Origin: Catajapyx aquilonaris
Lineage: Eukaryota
Length of the DNA: 49,585 nucleotides
NCBI GenBank assembly: GCA_000934665.2
Contig: KZ539341.1
Coordinates: forward strand, 1-49,585
Direction: 5' to 3'
This document shows positions 45,977-49,585 of the stretch, in pieces. A program made the position numbers and the translations under genes. The notes beneath the pieces were generated by a model. It was not told the DNA's origin. It did no database searches and worked only from the letters and a program-made list of their open reading frames with translations. The stretch's first letter is position 1. Each line of letters begins with the position of its first letter.

Positions 45977-46187
45977 CAGGGGTCGAAATATTCAGATGCA
46001 AAGGTGCAATTTGCACTCCAAAATTGTCATCTGCACTCCAAACTGAGCCTTGGAGTGCAAAGTTTGCACTTCAATTGCCTCTGCTTTTAAACATGGCTAT
46101 ACCCAGTAATTAAAAATTAAGCACTCCAGATTAAAGTCTGGAGTGCAAACTTTGCATCTGTACAAAAATTTTAAAATTCGACCCTTG
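45977..46187. mobile_element. hAT-like MITE with repeated TGCACTCC motifs
   Basis: CAGGGGTCGAA / TTCGACCCTTG termini with 6-bp flanking repeat GTATCA. Confidence 0.6.
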
Positions 46188-46460
46188 GTATCATAGTGAT
46201 CTGGCACATCACTTGCATGCACTGAATTTTTTTTACAACATTTAGAGTGAATGACTTCGTTAAAGCAGATTATGTTTTAATATGCTAATTGTCTGCTGCA
46301 AATTACTCCAAAATGATTCACCCTCCAGATCAACAAATGCTGCATTGGGACTCAATGGAGCTCAATTGTATTGCTATCAGCCAAAGAATGAAATGTTTGG
46401 AAAAAAATTTGGTGACTGCTCTTTGTATTTTCAAAATCTCTTGGGTTTTGTACCATATTA

Positions 46461-47649
46461 CCTCTCATAAAACGGCATGCCGGTATAACCCAGAGGTGGC
46501 TGGCATGCCACAATAACCGGGGTAGATTTCCGTAATTTTGATCCTTTCCAAATTTTTTGCAGTGATTCTAGTGCTGTAATAAAATAATGTTACAGTGAAA
46601 ATGGGCGAGTGTACACTGTACAGTCTGTGAAAATATGCAAGTTCTGTTCGACAGTGCATATGAAAAATGCGGAGTGTGTGACCAATCCCATCGTCAGCCT
46701 GCTTTGACAGGGGAACCCTGCTCCAACATACTGTTTAAATAGATATTACTAGCAGGATACCTGGTGTCGCCCAGGTTATAAAATACTTTTCCATTGGAGT
46801 AACTCATTGAGTATGTTGTTACTGCAACATGCCGTGACTTTAGCGTGTTGGAATGTTTCCGCCAGTCTTACAGCCTAAAACCGGTCGGTATATGTAAAGT
46901 ACCAGTTCGAACCCTGGGCCTGCCCCGAGGCCGCAGCTGGACCGTGCCACTGTGTCTAGAATAAAAATGGAATAAGATCAAACCATGGCTGAATAAACCG
47001 TTGAAATTTGATGAAAAGAACCGGCGTTCGATTTGGAACGGTTTCTGGGAGATGACGAGCCAGAAGTAACAATTGCTGCTTTGGGAAGTAGCTATAATGT
47101 AACTGTTGGTGATGAGATGTGCCACCTGCGTGATAAACGTGATGGTACATTATGGAGACATAGTATTTCGCCTCCTGCGGTCAAGGATGACCTTGGAGGT
47201 CAAGTCCAATGTGCTAAAAACCTTCCCCGTTAAGAACTGCCCCTAATGATCACCCTGGGGCATATGTCGAGGTCTCTGTATTGATTTTCATCGTGAACAT
47301 ACATTGTGAAATATGTATTAGATTGTCAGACACTGCAATTAAAAAAAAAAAAAAACTTCTTTTACCCTGTGATGACCCGATAGGGTCTACAGGGGAGTGG
47401 ATTACCACCATTAGGATCCAATCCAGACACTGCAATTGCAAACAATATATGGAACCCTATTTGGAAAATGTGCCTTTTCAATAGCCTTTACGTAAATTTC
47501 GATTTTCAGGCAAATGTCAAGTTCAAGAAAGGCTAATGTACCTTATGTGAAAACCTCAACTTATACCGGCATGCCGGTATAGCCACCAGATTATGCATTT
47601 CTAAAAACTGGTCGACCTCGACTACACCGGCATGCCACTTTATGAGAGG
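46461..47649. mobile_element. TIR element with nested remnants
   Basis: CCTCTCATAAAACGGCATGCCGGT / ACCGGCATGCCACTTTATGAGAGG. Contains a minus-strand Helitron-like 3' end (46748-46775) and a SINE tail (about 47340-47412). Confidence 0.6.
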
Positions 47650-47914
47650 TAATACGGTAGTAACTATACAAATTATTGATGTGGTCCTTAATTCTGTTGC
47701 CTTAGCCTGGCACTTACGCAGGCTGTGTTTAACCATTCTAGCTAGAATGTTGACCGAAGATTTACCGTTGTTATTCATTGCTGACAACAGCATGAAGGAT
47801 AAATTCTCAATCAACAATGTATCTTCATTAATGAAACTGGCCTGCAATATCCTTGTAAATCTTAGATTGTAATGCATTATTTAAGAAATAATTGATGTTT
47901 AATATGTGAACTAG

Positions 47915-48141
47915 GTGATCCACTGGAATTCTCCAAAGAAGCTTAAGGTCCAGAACAAGCATGTTGAGTTCTTCCGCAACCTGTACCTGACCTTTCTTGA
48001 GTATGATGGGAACCTCCTTCGACGAGAGCTATTTGGATGTAACAACACACGTGCTACCTCAAATGCACATTACCAACGAGAGCTCAGTGCCCTCAATGAG
48101 GAGGATCCCTGCTATGAGTTCAGGCGGGCTAGGGTTACCAG
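47915..48141 (+). CDS. LARGE: LARGE exon (end of GT8 / linker)
   Basis: [42 protein letters not shown]. Confidence 0.96.
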
Positions 48142-48446
48142 GTAAACATATCTCACTGATCTTATGGAAATGATTTGCAGAGGTTTAATAGGCTAATCAC
48201 ATAGCAGCAATTACTGTTGAGAGGACTACATTTGCCATTACTTGTTCCATTGACAGTGTAAAAGTATGAAAGTACAAAATGTAATGTCTTTTTCAGCAGT
48301 AATTTATCAGTGTACCAGCTACGAAATGGCCATGTTGAATGTTGCACTTTTAAGCTGGTGGCCAATAACATGAAGATTTAATTTTATTTATATTTTGAAT
48401 TTTATGGGATGCCTCTTTTAATATATTTTTTTCTTTGCCTGACCAG

Positions 48447-48702
48447 ATATAGGACCCATCTGTACTTCCTGGATCATGAATATGAGCCTTCTCTAGATGG
48501 TGTTGATGTGACTCTGGTTGCTCAGCTGAGCATGGACCGTTTGCAGATGGTAGAAGCTCTCTGCAAGCATTGGGATGGCCCCGTCAGCCTTACCTTATAC
48601 ATGTCTGATGCGGAGGCTCAACAGTTTTTGAGCTATGCGCTGGCCTCAGACACACTTAGTGGGAGGAAAAACATTGGGTATCACATAGTCTACAAAGAAG
48701 GG
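48447..48702 (+). CDS. LARGE: LARGE exon (start of GT49 glucuronyltransferase domain); gene continues beyond window
   Basis: RTHLYFL...[39 protein letters not shown]...YHIVYKEG|gtaaga. Confidence 0.95.
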
Positions 48703-48714
48703 GTAAGACATTTG

Positions 48715-48971
48715 AAGGGTGTGGTGGAAAAAGCTGATAACCTTCATTTTTGTCATTTTTGACCTAAACACCTAGCAACTATGTAAAAGACATGACAAAC
48801 AGTTTGGTATATGCCAAGTTCACATATCATGCATATGGCAACACGGACTAGATCAAAACCAGCATTCCTTATGATTTGTGAAGAAAATGCAAACTTAAAT
48901 TCACTCTCCTGAAAAATTACACATTTGTGGGTTATGTGGGTGGTCCCTTTTTTCCACCACACCACACCCCT
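48715..48971. mobile_element. TIR MITE, family B copy 2 (inverted)
   Basis: Reverse-complement homolog of 7700-7944, starting about 13 nt after a LARGE donor site. Confidence 0.75.
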
Positions 48972-49585
48972 CATTTGATGACATGAAAAAATGTTGCTGT
49001 GGTGATGTGTGGATCAAGCCTGCATTTTGACACACATGGGGTTGCAGAAATGGCATCTTCATAACTTTTTAGGCACAAAATTGAATAGGGCACCACAAGA
49101 GTGTGGTAGTTATTCTCGATTTCTACAAGTGACCTAATATTTTCTTCTTTCTGCATAAGCATAATTTTTAGAAGCAGCGTTCCTGGTTGGGACACCCAGG
49201 ATTATAATATACAGGCAGGCCCAATTTTACGATGGGGTTAGGTTCCAGAAAAAGAGGGTCGTAAAATGAAAAGTCATAAAATGAGAACCTAACAATAAAT
49301 CTACAGACTTTGCCACAATGCACAATGAAAAACAAAGGAAGTGTCTACAGTGTCTTGGGACTCCAAGGTGCTGCAGCAATGTGTTAATGTATCAATTTTT
49401 TGTTATTAAAAAAAAAAAAGCAAATTGTCATTTTCAAAGAAAGAAAAGGTTGTTAATGTTAAACATAGTAAGCGGAGGCTACCTGTACATTATACTTGCC
49501 CAAACCCAAAATAATTCGCTCACCCTGATATTTCCCAGTTGAGAATATGGAAATGACGATATATAAATTAATTGCACATAAATAG

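Overview
Eukaryotic, probably arthropod-like invertebrate DNA (GT-AG introns, dense transposon content). Five intron-containing protein genes can be reconstructed by hand. (1) The last two coding exons of cytoplasmic leucyl-tRNA synthetase (+, 1215-2610). (2) A 171-aa small heat-shock protein with a mitochondrial-presequence-like N-terminus (-, 5481-6299), with TATA and HSE-like promoter sites. (3) Head-to-head with it, a 317-aa TMEM53/DUF829 alpha/beta-hydrolase-like gene (+, 8653-20426) with a presequence-like N-terminus and a C-terminal PTS1 (-ARL). (4) An unrecognised 233-aa acidic/basic gene (-, 30705-36725) that the ORF track does not assemble. It has a tandemly duplicated symmetric exon and a 12-copy repeat array in its predicted 3' UTR. 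(5) Head-to-head with it, the 5' part of LARGE xylosyl/glucuronyltransferase (+, 40426 onward, running off the window). Introns and intergenic DNA hold tRNA-derived SINEs with TSDs, a 5'-truncated LINE, Helitron/Helentron remnants, and many Tc1/mariner, hAT, PIF/Harbinger and piggyBac-type non-autonomous elements, often nested. No CRISPR array, rRNA or bona fide tRNA gene is supported. All gene models come from manual splicing and family recall, not from database searches.
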